Assembly (NCBI RefSeq): GCF_006345805.1
Contig: NC_043020.1
Span: 31,062,001 to 31,126,000 of the forward strand
DNA length: 64,000 nucleotides
From: Octopus sinensis
Lineage: Eukaryota
Reading direction: 5' to 3'
The notes under the pieces are model-generated. The model saw nothing but the letters and a program-made list of their open reading frames with translations. It did not search any database and was not told the origin of the DNA. How positions within the stretch are numbered: the stretch's first letter is position 1; every line of letters starts with the position of its first letter. The position numbers and the translations under genes are program-made. This document shows positions 27,080 to 40,709 of this stretch, piece after piece.

Positions 27080-27420
27080 AAGATTATGAACTCTTTGGAT
27101 TTAGTGATTACCTTGATGTCAGTGAGATTGCCATTGTCAAACAAGAGATTTGTTACCTTAGTAAGTGTCTACCCTCCAACCATGTGTTCCTCTGAAGAGA
27201 AAAAAAAGACTAATATTTTATCTTTAATGAAAAAAGCTTCTATGCAGTGTTCTTTCTGCTTATAAAATCTTCATATTTGGTGATTTCAATGAAAGCATTT
27301 GCAGAGATAAAAAAGTTTGGGATATAATTGGGAAACATGAAGCCAGAAAATGCAATAGTAATGGCTTGTTTAGTACTGCAAGTGTGTTCGATTTTTGCAT
27401 ATACTGGGTAACTGTCAATC
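27080..27420 (+). mobile_element. RTE apurinic endonuclease fragment
   Basis: LVSVYPPTM, IFGDFNE and IIGKHEARKCNSNGL motifs. Confidence 0.78.
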
Positions 27421-27869
27421 TCCTAGTGTGGAGCATGCTGTATTTGAGCACCAAATATGTGGGAGTATTTATGTGATCAAGATGAAAGGCAATTAGGTCT
27501 CTCATTAATTTCTGTTTGGTGAGTTGGCCCTGAGGAAAAATCTAGGCAACAAATTGAAATTAAGGCATGAATGCATTAGAGACACTTAGAGGATCTAGAT
27601 CAAATTAGAGACAGTGAAAACATCACAAAGTTTTTGATGGAAAAAATTGGTTCATGTTGGAATGAGTGAATTTGAATGAATGTCAATAAAATCTTAGTGT
27701 GCATGAAAAGCTTGAGAGAGATTTTTGAAAAGGTCTTAATATTAATGTTTCCATTGTGTTTTGCTTCAAAAACTACGTAGACATGACAGAATTAAATAGA
27801 CATCCTTATAATTGTTAAAATTTATTTAAGTTATTTATTAATTATTATAATGTGAATATCTAATATTTA

Positions 27870-28780
27870 GTAGACAGGGTCCTTGCATTCAAAAATGCAA
27901 GGACCCTAGCAGGCATGCTACTGATCTGATGAATATTCTCTTCATGATTTTCTTGCCAAGTTTCTTGCAGTAATATCAAAAGATCTGGCTTTAAGGATGC
28001 TTTCTTTTTCTTTTTAGGAGGTATCCCATCCATCATGCCTCAGAGGTGTTCAGTAGGGTTCATATCTGGTGATTGGCTTAGCTATGGAAGCTTTTTAATG
28101 CCATTCTCTTCCAACCAATCCTGGGTCTTTTAGTTGTGCAAGAAAGCCCTATCTTCCATAAATAGTGTTATTTAATCATTTTACCCCTGGAGGTTATAGG
28201 AAGAAGATTTTTCTATAATATGGACACATATTTATCTGAGTTTATGTATCCCTCACATTCCACCATTTCTGATTGACTATTGCTCCAAACTGCTCTCCAG
28301 ACCATCACATGTTTCATTGTTGGCTGCAATATATTCACGTGAAAATATTGGTGACTGATTCTCCAGACCCACATTCGACCAGTGTCAGAAAATACAGCAA
28401 ATCTGGATTCATCAGAGAATTTGACAGTGTCCCAAAGTGTTAGTGACCTCTCTACCCACTTGTCCAATCTTTTCTCCATTTGATATTGGCTGGTCGAAGC
28501 AGTGTCTTCTTTCTTGCTGCTCTGCCATAATAGCCAATTTTGCAGAGATAACTGACAGCTATTCTGGGACTGACATCAACTTATTCTGCTATATTGGAGG
28601 CCTTGCAATGAGGATTATCTTACACACTTCTCTTAAGAAAGCAAAGTGTTCTGTCAGAGGGCCTTAGTCTACCTGGGTAAGGTGATATGGACTACTTTCC
28701 CGTTTAGTGAATTGAAAAATTACTCTATTTACTGTAGAAAGTGGAATCACAATGTTTTCTGTGGTTTTAGGCTAAGTCAG
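27870..28780 (-). mobile_element. Tc1-like transposase remnant
   Basis: ORF 28213..28479: WDTVKFSDESRF...VWR...KHVMVW...INSDKYVSIL, with decayed downstream DDE segments. Confidence 0.8.
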
Positions 28781-30599
28781 CCTTGAAATAGGTGCAGCAT
28801 ATGGCCTCTTTGTAAATTGGACATTTTTAAGGCTTCTTTTGTACATGGCATGATTAAACAGTTACATATAGAACCTGAAACATATAAATGTCAATTAATA
28901 AAAAAAAATATAAACCTCTTCAAGTTATAATAACAATGTGTTAATGGGTATCTATTTACTTTTGTCATGTTTGTGTACAAATGTATCATTTGTTACAACT
29001 GCACTTTGAAAGAAAAAGAAAACCTTTAGTAGAAAATTAGCATTAGCTACGACAACGTTACCCAACTATTAAATCTTATATTTTTCAAACTCATGCTAGG
29101 ATGGAAAAATGAACGTAGGTATGAGACTTATTTTTACACATGTATTGATGCATATAAAACATGAAATTATGTTGTCTACATACTTAAATACTTGCAATTA
29201 ATTCATTGTAAGAACATAGAAATTTGACAGGTTTTCTTGAGTTGTTGCTCATCTACAATAATCTGATAAGTTTGAGGTTATTGTTGGTTGCATAAGATTG
29301 TCATTGAATTTTCTCTCGACAGAAATATCTAATCATTTTATCCATACTAGCATGGGTTGTGTGTATCATGTTGATATCTGTTTCAGTTTAATTCCCTCTG
29401 CAATAGTTTCTTTTTTTTGTGTTTATGCAATATTGTACTTTCATAAAATACAGTCGTCTCTTGCCTTACACAGTATTGTTTCTTAGTTTCACTTTAGCAC
29501 AATTTTGCTCATTTTGCTCATTTTCCTCTATTTCTTTCTTTTGTTTTTGTTTTTACAAATATAGAACTAGTAATTGCTTCAGTTTCTCATTATATTTTGT
29601 TAAATATTTTTGAATTTGAAATATTAAAATTGATTTCACTGGAAATGAAAATTCAATGTATAAAATTAACTTTAAACTAGATGTTCAGCATAAAATGCAA
29701 AAGTTTTACAAAAAGAATTGTCATCATCATTTAATGTCCATTATCTATGCTGGCTTGGGTTGGACAGTTTCATCAGAGCTGGTAAGCTGAGGGTCTGCAG
29801 CAGACTCCAGTCTGATTTGTCATTGTTTCTATGGCTGGATGCCCTTCTTAACATCAAGCACTCCATGAGTGTTGTGGGCAGGGGTTGTGAAAAAAATTGA
29901 TGGGAAATTAATTACAATATATTGTCTTCTAAGGCACGGCATGTCATGAAAGGTGTCGGTCATTAGTCATTGCCTTTATAAGTTTCAACAGTCAAAGATC
30001 ATGCATTACCACCTTGTCCAATGCCTTCTTATGTCTGCTTCTTCTGCCATGTAGCATAGTTGTCTGCACAGGTATAATAAATCTGGCTTTCACTCTGAAG
30101 GAGAGACCCTTAGTTACCAAACAGAGGAAGGAGCTCTCTGAATTTGCTCAGCCTATTTTTATTCTTGCAGCCACACTCATCCACCTCTGCTACTGACTTT
30201 GTTGCTCAACAATCTTTATCGTACTCCTCTGGTATTTGATGAAGCCCATTTTCTGTACACTTTTAGTGTTTACTGTACATGTGCACCTTCCACATACAAA
30301 ATATATTTTCCCAGTTTACCTTCCTCTGATATTGCTACACCTATTATGTGTTATACAGAGTACATCTACCTACCTATTTCCTTCATATTGAGGATGGGCA
30401 TGTACCTGAAGGGCTTTACGATTTATCAGTTTTCCTACTTACTAAGACTTTGGGTTAGGGTTGGGTAGGTTAATTCTGTGACCTTTCAATTCTAGACCTT
30501 GCTTCCGTACGCAAAATTTATTCTAGTTCTGGTAGTGATTTAGCTATAAGAAGAAGCTCATTAGTAAATAAGTGTTAAAACTCTTTGCTTTCACAAACA

Positions 30600-32487
30600 C
30601 TTTATGTACACAGATTGAAGCAATGAAAACAAAGGTCCTCGGTATACCTGAAACGTGAAGGAAAATATTTGGATAATGAAACGAATAATGTATGGCTAAT
30701 TGAATGTAATGTAATAAATGATAATATATGAGTGTTCAGTTGTCATCCTCTATGCCCTCCCCAATTCCTTTGAAAGAAGCAAAGAAGACTAATAATATGT
30801 ATTAAATGATTAACGAAAATAAAAATTTGTGCAAAAGACCCTTAATCAATATTGACGGTGTGACGATCAAGGAGCAACGTGTCAGTTGTGCGTCAGACTT
30901 TTGTGCCAGTCTTTGCGAGTCTGGCAGAGCGACAAATTGCTGGATGGAGGATAAACTGCATCAGGCAAGGATCACTTTTGGAAAGCAGGGGTTTCAAGGG
31001 GTGTTGGGGTATGACCACTTGTTGGTGTGGCTCTGTGGGTAGGCGGTGAGATGCATTTCTGGTCATGGTAATTTTGGAGTCGTGAAGTGGGCATTGGTGT
31101 TGCAGCTGCATGAGGTGCTGTTAAAGTCGGTTGAGAAGGTAGTCTCATCACTGGTGTTGGCGTGAAGAACGCAGGTGGTTCAGACACCATGAGCAGTGGG
31201 GCGTGGGGAAGAAGCAGTAGATACTTCCAGAGGAATTTTGTTGCACAGTGTTACTCGGCCTGATCCATCCACTCTCAACATGTACGGATCGAAATAACGT
31301 ACATCGAAATGGCACCAGTCCCCCCCCCCCCGCCATTTGTAGGATTGGGTCAAACTTGGCTCTGGATTAGGACATAGTTCGAAATAAGTGAGCATGTGTG
31401 TTTTGACAACCGTTCAGTAGCACTCATGTTGTGTTTACGCAGGTCTTCTTTTCAATAAGTCATAGTTTCATGCCATGTGGAATGTAGCTTGTACTTGCCG
31501 GGATGGATGGGAATAAAGTATTGTATAGGGCTGCCAAAGATGCACATGGCTGGGGACAAGTGTGTGTCCCGGTCAGGTGTATTTCTTTATTGTAGCATTG
31601 TGCACTGGAAACTGTCAGTGTTAAGGAAGCCATTGGTGTCTGTGTTGTCTGTAACGAGGCACTTTATTGTCTCAATACCGACTTTGGCGCGGCAGTTGTC
31701 ATGGGGAAATGCAATGGCGGTGATTCTCCCCAATTGTGGAAGAAGGTACAATGTCAGCTCATAGCTGATAGGGCAGTGTTAAGTGCCTGTGTGCCATTCG
31801 ATGCTCCTTTAAGATAGTTTTCCAGACCTGTTAGGACATACCACCATTGTCTGTCACCAAGTGACAGATGTACCAATGGGGATAGGCTTTATAACTCCAA
31901 GTGGAACGTTCCGGTCGAGACCTGCTTTTACTTCCTCTTGCCAATGAACCAGGACTGGTATGGGCGTATGGTGGGCGACTGGTTTAGCATTAAGCGGATC
32001 GGTTGGTCAGACATCTTGGAGAATTGCCGATGGTTGCAGACGTTGAATGTGCTGGAGCTGTAGTAGTGTAGCAGCTACTTCCTCAGGCGAAAACGTTTTT
32101 CCTCAGTGGCTGGGAATGGTAGTGTAGTTGGAGGAGGAGGTTGTATTTGTTGTAGGTGGCAGGTGCATACATTCTGTGTCATTGTTGCAGATGATCGATG
32201 AGGCTTGTCAGTACTCTCTCCCATGGATTGTTTACAGGCCAACTCATGGCACAATCAGGTGCAGGACAGGGTACGTTGGTCATACTGACTCGCTTTTTGT
32301 CATAAATAAGTCTGACAACTGTTTGCTTTCACCAATATTTTACGCAGTCTGAAGCAATGAATAAAGGGTCTTCAGTATACCTGAAATGTGAAGGGAAAGA
32401 TGATGGATAATAAAATGAATAATATATGGTGAATTGAATGTAATGTAATAAATTGTAATATATGTGTGTTTAGTTGTAATCCTGTAA
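30600..32487 (-). mobile_element. Internally deleted Gypsy (Mag-like) LTR retrotransposon, about 1.9 kb, with both LTRs
   Basis: Diverged ~150-bp direct repeats at about 30600-30752 and 32336-32487, PBS-like TGGTG after the 5' LTR and purine tract GGAATTGGGGAGGG before the 3' LTR. Coding remnants: Gag start (MTNVPCPAPDC), RT start (VHWQEEVKAGLD...LGVI.PIPIG) and integrase end (RNTPDRDT.LSPAMCIFG; VDGSGRVTL). Confidence 0.85.
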
Positions 32488-33473
32488 TCAGCATAGAGGA
32501 GTTGCTAGGGTCTGCCTGTTTTATATTCATCTGTTATTACCTGAATGATTATGATACCAACAAAAGTCAAGTACAGAGGTTTATACTTGGTTAGGTACTT
32601 CTCCTGGGGGTTTCTTACCAGAAATATATCATGACTGGTGTTTCTTCCTGATACAAAACCAAATTGCATCTCATCTAGATTAAGTCTTTTCCTAATTAGT
32701 TGGGCTATGATCCTCTCCGTGATTTTCATCATCTGAAGAAATTAGTGCCAGTGCGAGCACTTTATTTTTAAAGCACACATCAAGCATATGTTAACATATT
32801 AGCAATGAGAAAGCGCTCTAATCGATGTCTACCTATATACATACATATATGCAGGGTAGCCATGTACTTTCTCTACAGCAACACACCTCTGTCTGTCTCT
32901 CTATTATACTACAGGTTAGGATGAAGCCACCTCTCTCACTACTAGCAATCCACTCATCCTTGAAATTTACTTATTAATTTTACTTGCAAGATTCTTTATA
33001 TGAGTTCGTGTGTTGAAGCATATTCTGTTGTGTCTGGGGAGAGTCATTCTCGTTTAGTGCGTTATTATTTAACACACTCAAGGGTAAACATTTCCACTTA
33101 TTTCTTATTTTTATTAGTCATACACACTCACACACAGAAATGAAAACACATTTACAAACTCACACACCTAGAAATGAAAACGCACTTGCAAACACTCACT
33201 CACACACACACACACATTGGCTGACCTGCACACACACACACAATTTCTTCAGAATGTCACGGTTTTAAGGTCAACATATTTAAAGCATAAATACCTACAA
33301 GTGTGCATCTTTGCATGTATCTGTGTGTGTGTTCGGACGTATGAGTGTTTGTGCGTGTTTGAGCACACTCCACACATACGTAACGTAACGGTTCGGCAAA
33401 ATAGAAAAAGTTAGAATAGGTACTAAGCTTCCAAAGAATAAGTCCTTTTGCTTGACTAAAGACGGTGCTCAAG

Positions 33474-33531
<58 letters not shown>

Positions 33532-33538
33532 TCCATTA

Positions 33539-33579
<41 letters not shown>

Positions 33580-33584
<5 letters not shown>

Positions 33585-34570
33585 TCATCATCATCGTTTA
33601 GCGTCCGCTTTCCATGCTAGCATGGGTTGGACGGTTCAACTGGGGTCTGGGAAGCCAGAAGGCTGCACCAGGCCCAGTTTGATCTGGCAATGTTTCTACA
33701 GCTGGATGCCCTTCCTAACGCCAACCACTCCATGGGTGTAGTGGGTACTTTTTACGTGCCACCGGCACAGGTGCCAGACGAGTCTGGCAAACGGCCACGA
33801 TCGGATGGTGCTTTTTATGTGCCACCGGCACGAGGCCAGTCGGGGCGGCGCTGGCAACAGCCACGTTCGGATGGTTCTCTTACGTGCCACCGGCACTGAT
33901 AACTCAACTGCAATTTCCATTGATCGATTTCGATTCTGATTTTCACTTGCCTCAACAGGTCTTCACAAGTAGAGTTTTGTGTCCCAAGAAGGGAAGGTAT
34001 GCATAAGTGGACTGGCTACATACCGTGTAGAAGGCCACGGGTTATGGTCTCACTTGTCCTGCCGGGTCTTCTCACGCACAGCATACTTCCAGAGGTCTCG
34101 GTCTCTAGTCATTTCCTCGGTGAGACCTAAAATTCGAAGGTCGTTCTTCACCACCTCGTCCCAGGTTTTCCTGGGTCTGCCTCTTCCACAGGTTCCCTCA
34201 ACCGCTAGGGTGTGGCACTTTTTCACACAACTATCTTCATCCATTCTCGCCACATGTCCATACCAGCGCAAACGTCTCTCTTGCACACCACATCTGATGC
34301 TTCTTAGGTCCAACTTTTCTCTCAAGGTACTTACACTCTGTCGATTATGAACACTGACATTACACATCCATCGGAGCATACTGGCTTCATTTCTTGCGAG
34401 CTTACGCATATCCTCAGCAGTCACGGCCCATGTTTCACTGCCATGTAGCATGGCTGTTCGTACACACGCGTCATGCAGTCTGCCTTTTACTCTGAGCGAG
34501 AGGCCTTTTGTCACCAGCAGAGGTAAGAGCTCTCTGTACTTTGCCCAAGCTATTCTTATGTGTGATAGTA
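33580..34570 (-). mobile_element. Young 5'-truncated RTE LINE with full 3' UTR and (GAT)n tail
   Basis: ORF 34050..34628: MLHGSETW, RRLRWYGHV, RGRPRKTW; the UTR carries repeated hairpin units. Confidence 0.92.
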
Positions 34571-34869
34571 CGTGCTTGCATTCTCGTGTGCCCTTCGAGT
34601 GCGAACAAACATACACAGACACACACACATTTAAACATATATACGACGGGATTCTTTCAGTTTCCTTCCACTAAATCCAATCGCAAGGATTAGCTCGGCC
34701 CTGGGCAACAATAGTAGACAATTGCAGAAGATTACAGGCAGTGGGAATGAACCCGAAACCATGTGGTTCGCAAGCAAACTACTTACAACGTAGCCATTCC
34801 TACGCCGATATTCACATATACGACGGGCTTCTTTCAGTTTCCCTCTACCAACTCCATTCAGAATACTTT

Positions 34870-34925
34870 GGTATGTGTGTATGTATATATTTATATTTAT
34901 TTATATATATATGTGTGTATATATG

Positions 34926-34957
<32 letters not shown>

Positions 34958-35153
34958 TATATCTATGTGTGTAAGTTTATTATATGTATGTATCCGTCTA
35001 TATAATAGGTAACTGCACGTACATATACTTAATATTTATTATTTTTTGAGTATGCATGTATGAATAACTGCGTGTATATATATTTACTATTTACTTATTT
35101 TTTGAGTATGCATGTTAGTATGAATATATATATGTATATATATGTATATATAT

Positions 35154-35207
<54 letters not shown>

Positions 35208-35334
35208 ATGTATGTATATAAGTACATGTATGTATTTGTATGTAGGTGTACATGTATGTGTGTGTATTTATATTTATTGGTGTATATGTATAGACTAGCC
35301 TTCTAAGAGTGTAGACATGAATCTGTAGGTACGC

Positions 35335-35381
<47 letters not shown>

Positions 35382-36226
35382 TGTATGTATTTGTATGTAG
35401 GTGTACATGTATGTGTGTGTATTTATATTTATTGGTGTATATGTATAGACTAGCCTTCTAAGAGTGTAGACATGAATCTGTAGGTACGCGTACGTATGTG
35501 TATATACGTGAATGTATGTAGATGTACGTATGTATGAATATAACGCGTGCGTGCGTGTATGCGTATGAGTGTACGTGCTAATGAGTGTGCGTGAGTGAAT
35601 GAGTAATTGTTTTCCAGTAGACGGATAAATGGTCTGGCTGTCATAGCCAAGATGTTTGTGACCAAGCGGCCAAAGATAACAAAAGTAATAAACGAAGATA
35701 ATAAAATTAAAATTAGGGAATGGGTCTGTATTTGTATATGTATATATATATATATGTGTGTATGTGTAGGTATGCATGGGTACACATATGTATATATATG
35801 TGTATATATATATATATATATATGTGTATGTATATATATATGTATGTGTATGTGTATGTATGTATATATATGTGTATGTATGTGTATGTGTGGGTGTATA
35901 TATATGTGTGTATGTGTATATATGTGTATATAGGGACTAGTGTGCTGTGTGTGCATGTGTGTGTATGGATTTGTGTGTGTATGCGTGTATGTGAGTATGT
36001 GTGTGTATGTGTATATATATATATATATATTTTTCTGTGTGTATATGTATGTGTGGTCGTGTGTGTATATATACATGTGTGTATACGTGTATGCAAGTGA
36101 GTGTGTGTATGTATACATATATATGTGTATGTGTAGATATGTATATGTATGTGTGAGTGTATATATGTGTGTATGTGTAGAGGTATAAGTGAGAATCTCC
36201 TTATTTACCTAAAACTCTATTCCCCC

Positions 36227-36268
<42 letters not shown>

Positions 36269-36360
36269 TTTTTTATTTTTATTTTTATTTTTTATATTTT
36301 TTTATATATTTTTTATTTTTTATTTTTTATTTTTTATTTTTTATTTTTTATTTTTTATTT
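34870..36360. repeat. Compound (TA)/(TATG)/(TG) microsatellite field with a ~115-bp tandem duplication
   Basis: Low complexity; identical block at about 35222-35338 and 35377-35492. Confidence 0.9.
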
Positions 36361-36566
36361 ATTCTCCTATCTAATTTAACACTGACTCCCTGACCACTCC
36401 CCCAAGTATGATTTTTTGCGCTATGCCTACCCCCAAAAAGTCCCCCACCAACACCCCTTTAAACCTGCCTAAATGTATAAATGCCAATACAATTCTTGTT
36501 AACTAGCTTCCTGAAGATTTCTCTTGAATGAAACAGTTCTAGTCCTGTAGAAGCTCCTTCTATATA

Positions 36567-36628
<62 letters not shown>

Positions 36629-36791
36629 ATAGGTGTAGAGGTGGCTGTGTGATAAGTAGCTTGCAAACGAACCGCAGTGTTCTGGGTTCAGTCCCACTGC
36701 GTGGCGTGTTGGGCATGTGTCTTCTACTATAGCCTTGTCCCGACCAAATGCTTGTGAGTGAATTTGATAGACGGAATACACCCCCCCCCCT

Positions 36792-36856
<65 letters not shown>

Positions 36857-36857
36857 A

Positions 36858-36909
<52 letters not shown>

Positions 36910-36910
<1 letters not shown>

Positions 36911-38029
36911 CCCCTGTGTTCCAGGGGTTCCTCAGGAAAATGGATCACCTACCCCGGTGAACGACCAGGTAGTGAAGGATAGGAGAGCCAAGGGAGCAGA
37001 AACCGGGAGCCCACCCCCCTGTACCAATGGTCCTACAAAGAAATGAACAATTAGAAAAACAGAAGAAAAAAGGAAGGACCGAAAACAAAAATAAGGAGGG
37101 AAAAGGAGGAAAAGGCAAAACAACCAAAGCTGAAACCCCAACCCACCACACAAACAGCAGAGAACCCCCTGGAGGATCCAATGCCCCCCAGTACACTTCT
37201 GGAAAGAAGAAATCTGAAAGGCACCGATGAACCAGAGAATTCTACCTGCGGGGCAAATGTTGGCATGATGAGGACGGCAAAAACTGCCGGTTCACCCACC
37301 CGACACCCCGCCAGAACTTCAGGGGACTCAAAGAGAAAAGCTTTACCGAGGGAACACAAAAAATGTCTCCCAGGAAAACTTTCAAAAACGAAGTGCGCTC
37401 CTCAGATGTTTTGCGCAACTCAGCAGCTGAGCAAGAGTCTTTTTTGTGCATGGCGCAAAGAATTGTCCGGCAGCTAACCTGGCTACACCAAGCACAGAGA
37501 AGGAACCCTGCCCACCACTATGCAAGACCACCACAGTCAACAGACACGGGATGGCCTCCCCTAACGCCTGCACAGCCGTCACCCCAATACTTTTACTAAA
37601 TATTGGGGACCTGTTGCATCAAAATAGAAACAAAATTTCTTTCGTGAGAGATCTTACTGCATGCAATCAAGCCCTATGCATAGCACTTGTGGAAACTCAC
37701 CTCAACCCTGATATAGAGGACACAGAAGTACACATACCAAACTATGCCATACTGCGAACAGACAGAAGGGAAAGGAGCCATGGTGGAGTTGCTGTATACA
37801 TCCGAGATGACCTCACACCCCAGGTCTTAATGACATACTCAAATTCGGTATGAGACACTTTAATTGTATACATAAGACAACATAATATAGCCATATGCAA
37901 TACATATTGCCCACCGGATGCCCCAAATCACACAGGCAAGTTTGAAGATTGCCTCACAATAATTAAAGAAATCCTCATGAATCTGGAACACCACGTGACC
38001 ATATTTCTTATCGGTGATTTCAACTTATA
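36910..38029 (+). mobile_element. CR1/L2-like LINE 5' part (ORF1 with CCCH-like finger, ORF2 endonuclease)
   Basis: EFYLRGKCWH.EDGKNCRFTHP, then CIALVETHL, RTDRRERSHGGVAVY, YCPP and LIGDFN. Confidence 0.85.
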
Positions 38030-38035
38030 GGTGAT

Positions 38036-38665
38036 TTCAACAACTCTTTTATGGAGAGTTAGCTAAAGGAGAACGACCTCCACATAAACCAAAAAAGAGG
38101 TATAAGGACTTGCTGAAGGCTTCCTTAAGAGATGCTTGCATCTCTCCTGACACATGGGAAGGCATAGTTATTGATCGTAGCTGGTGGAGAAGGATTGTGC
38201 ACGAGGGGACAGCCACTTTTGAGAAATCTCGAGTGGCACATAAGAAAGTAAGGAGGGATGTCAGGAAGCGCATCGCTGTTACACTTCCAGATGGGAAGGG
38301 TCTTCCTATGATGCTGACATGCAGTGTCTGTGCAAGACACTGCCTCAGAAAAGCTGGACTCAAGAGTCATCTTCGTAGTCATAAAGCGAGACAGATGAGT
38401 GACAACCTGGCCACTGGTGGTGGTGTAACACACCATACTAATAATATCTGTCGGGCATGCAAAAGAGAGTGTAATTCGGCAGGAGGACTTAAACGACATG
38501 CACATGTACATGAAGCCCAGTTACAACTACAGCCGGCTATTACCGGTAAAGGTTTTAGTTGCCAATTCTGTACAAGACTGGGCTAAAAAGTCACATTCGA
38601 TCACACCGCCAGTAACAGTTAAGCTTCGTGCAATGGCCATACTCGATGATGAGGGGGCAGCCATA
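38036..38665 (+). mobile_element. RTE 3' fragment with three C-terminal C2H2 fingers
   Basis: LFYGEL..G.RP..KPKKRYKD, then CSVCARHCLRKAGLKSHLRSH, CRACKRECNSAGGLKRHAHVH and a frameshifted CQFC...GLKSHIRSH. Confidence 0.85.
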
Positions 38666-38666
38666 A

Positions 38667-38698
<32 letters not shown>

Positions 38699-38937
38699 GT
38701 TGAAATATGTTACAAAAGGAAAATATAAAATACACGTGAAAGTTTAAGGGGAGAATAAGAAAAAATCAACGAAAATGCACATTGTAAATAAAAAAGAAAA
38801 AGCTTTTTATGAAAGGTAACGACAGATATATACTTTTAGATGGGATGAGGTAGTAATAAAAGTCATTATTATGAGATGATTAAAAGTCAGAAAGCAAAGC
38901 ATACCATGGTTTCGTCATAAGCTATTCGTCCCCCCCC

Positions 38938-38970
<33 letters not shown>

Positions 38971-39411
38971 ATACATGTATATAACTACGTATATTATATG
39001 CATGCATATATATATATATATATGCATACATATGCAGTCAGATCTAGTCAAGTAATTTGACTCATTTTTTTGTTAAATCTAGTTGGAACCGATAGATAAG
39101 AGAAAATCGTTTGGTCATTATATTTGATTGACTGTAGTTGTTGATTTTTTCGTAGAAGCTATTGGCTTGAAGCAGGGTTAGGTGTTTATGTAGTTTTCTG
39201 ATGGTAGTAGGGACAAATAGAGGCACACAATCGTATACATATATACACTTGTGTACGACGGGCTTTTTTCAGTTTCCGATACGAAATTAAATCATAAGGA
39301 TTTAGTCGACCCGGGACGATAGAAGAAAACACTTGTCTAAGCTGCCACGCGGTGGGACTGCACCAGGAACCGTGTGGTTGGTAAGCAGGCAACCCCCCAC
39401 TGAGATATATT

Positions 39412-39460
<49 letters not shown>

Positions 39461-39681
39461 ATAGGATTAGGAATGGCTGTGTGATAAGTAGCTTCCCTAC
39501 GAAACGCAGTGTTCTTGGTTCAGTCCCACTGCATGGCATCTTGGGCTAGTGTCTTCTACTATAGACTCGTGCCGACCAATCCTTGTGAGTGGAATTGATA
39601 GGCGGAACATACACACACACACACACATTCACACAAACATATATATACATATATGTGTGTGTGTGTGTGTGTGTGTAGGGC

Positions 39682-39744
<63 letters not shown>

Positions 39745-39919
39745 GTTTGTATGTCTGTTTATCCCTCCACACACCGCTTGACAACCGGTGCTGGTGTCTT
39801 CATGTCCCCGTAACTTAGCGTTTCGTCAAAAGAGAAAATAGATTAAATACTAGGCCTACAAAAAATAAGTATTGGGTTCGAATTTCTCGAATAAAGGCGC
39901 TGCTGCGGCATGGAATATA

Positions 39920-39961
<42 letters not shown>

Positions 39962-40556
39962 AGTGTGTGTGTTTGTAATGTCTGTTTATTTCTCGAACAT
40001 CGTTGGACAACGGGTGCTGGTGTGTACAATTCCCCGCACTTAGCGGTTCGGGAAAAGGGACCGATAGTTTAAATACTAGGCCTACAAAGTATAAGTCCTG
40101 GGGTCGATTTGCACGAATAAAGGCATTGCTCCACCATGGCCGCAGTCAAATAATTGAAAAATTAAGTGTGTAAAATAGAAAATAACCAGAAAAGTTTATA
40201 TTCTCTGAACTACATCAATAAGGGAGATAACTGAAAATCAACTTTTAGAGTTACTTCCCTTGACATATTAATAAAAGACATGACAGTTTAAGATGTAGAT
40301 GCGTTTATATTTCCCATGCGAAGGGCACATTTGCATTCGCGCAGGAAGATACAAACATACACATGCAAATTTTCTGTTGTTAACTTTAACAAATAAACAT
40401 TATAATTTACATTTAATTACACCCGAAAACTATGTAAAGTACTCACCATATCTAGTACTACCCTTTGGACATGATCGGGTTTTTATTTTGTTTTAGATAG
40501 TATATATGCGTATGTGGGTATATACACGTGTATATGTATGAATGCATGTATTTCTG

Positions 40557-40614
<58 letters not shown>

Positions 40615-40658
40615 ATAATATTCATAAATTTATAATTATATATATCTGTAGGTATATA

Positions 40659-40709
<51 letters not shown>

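Noticed and set aside
33735-33900. Repeat-spacer pattern resembling a CRISPR array
   Set aside because: It lies in a LINE 3' UTR, spacers recur between copies, the context is eukaryotic and there are no cas genes.
40440-40480. ATG|GTGAGT donor on the minus strand as a first exon
   Set aside because: Similar flanking sequence recurs at about 49655, so it is part of a repeat.
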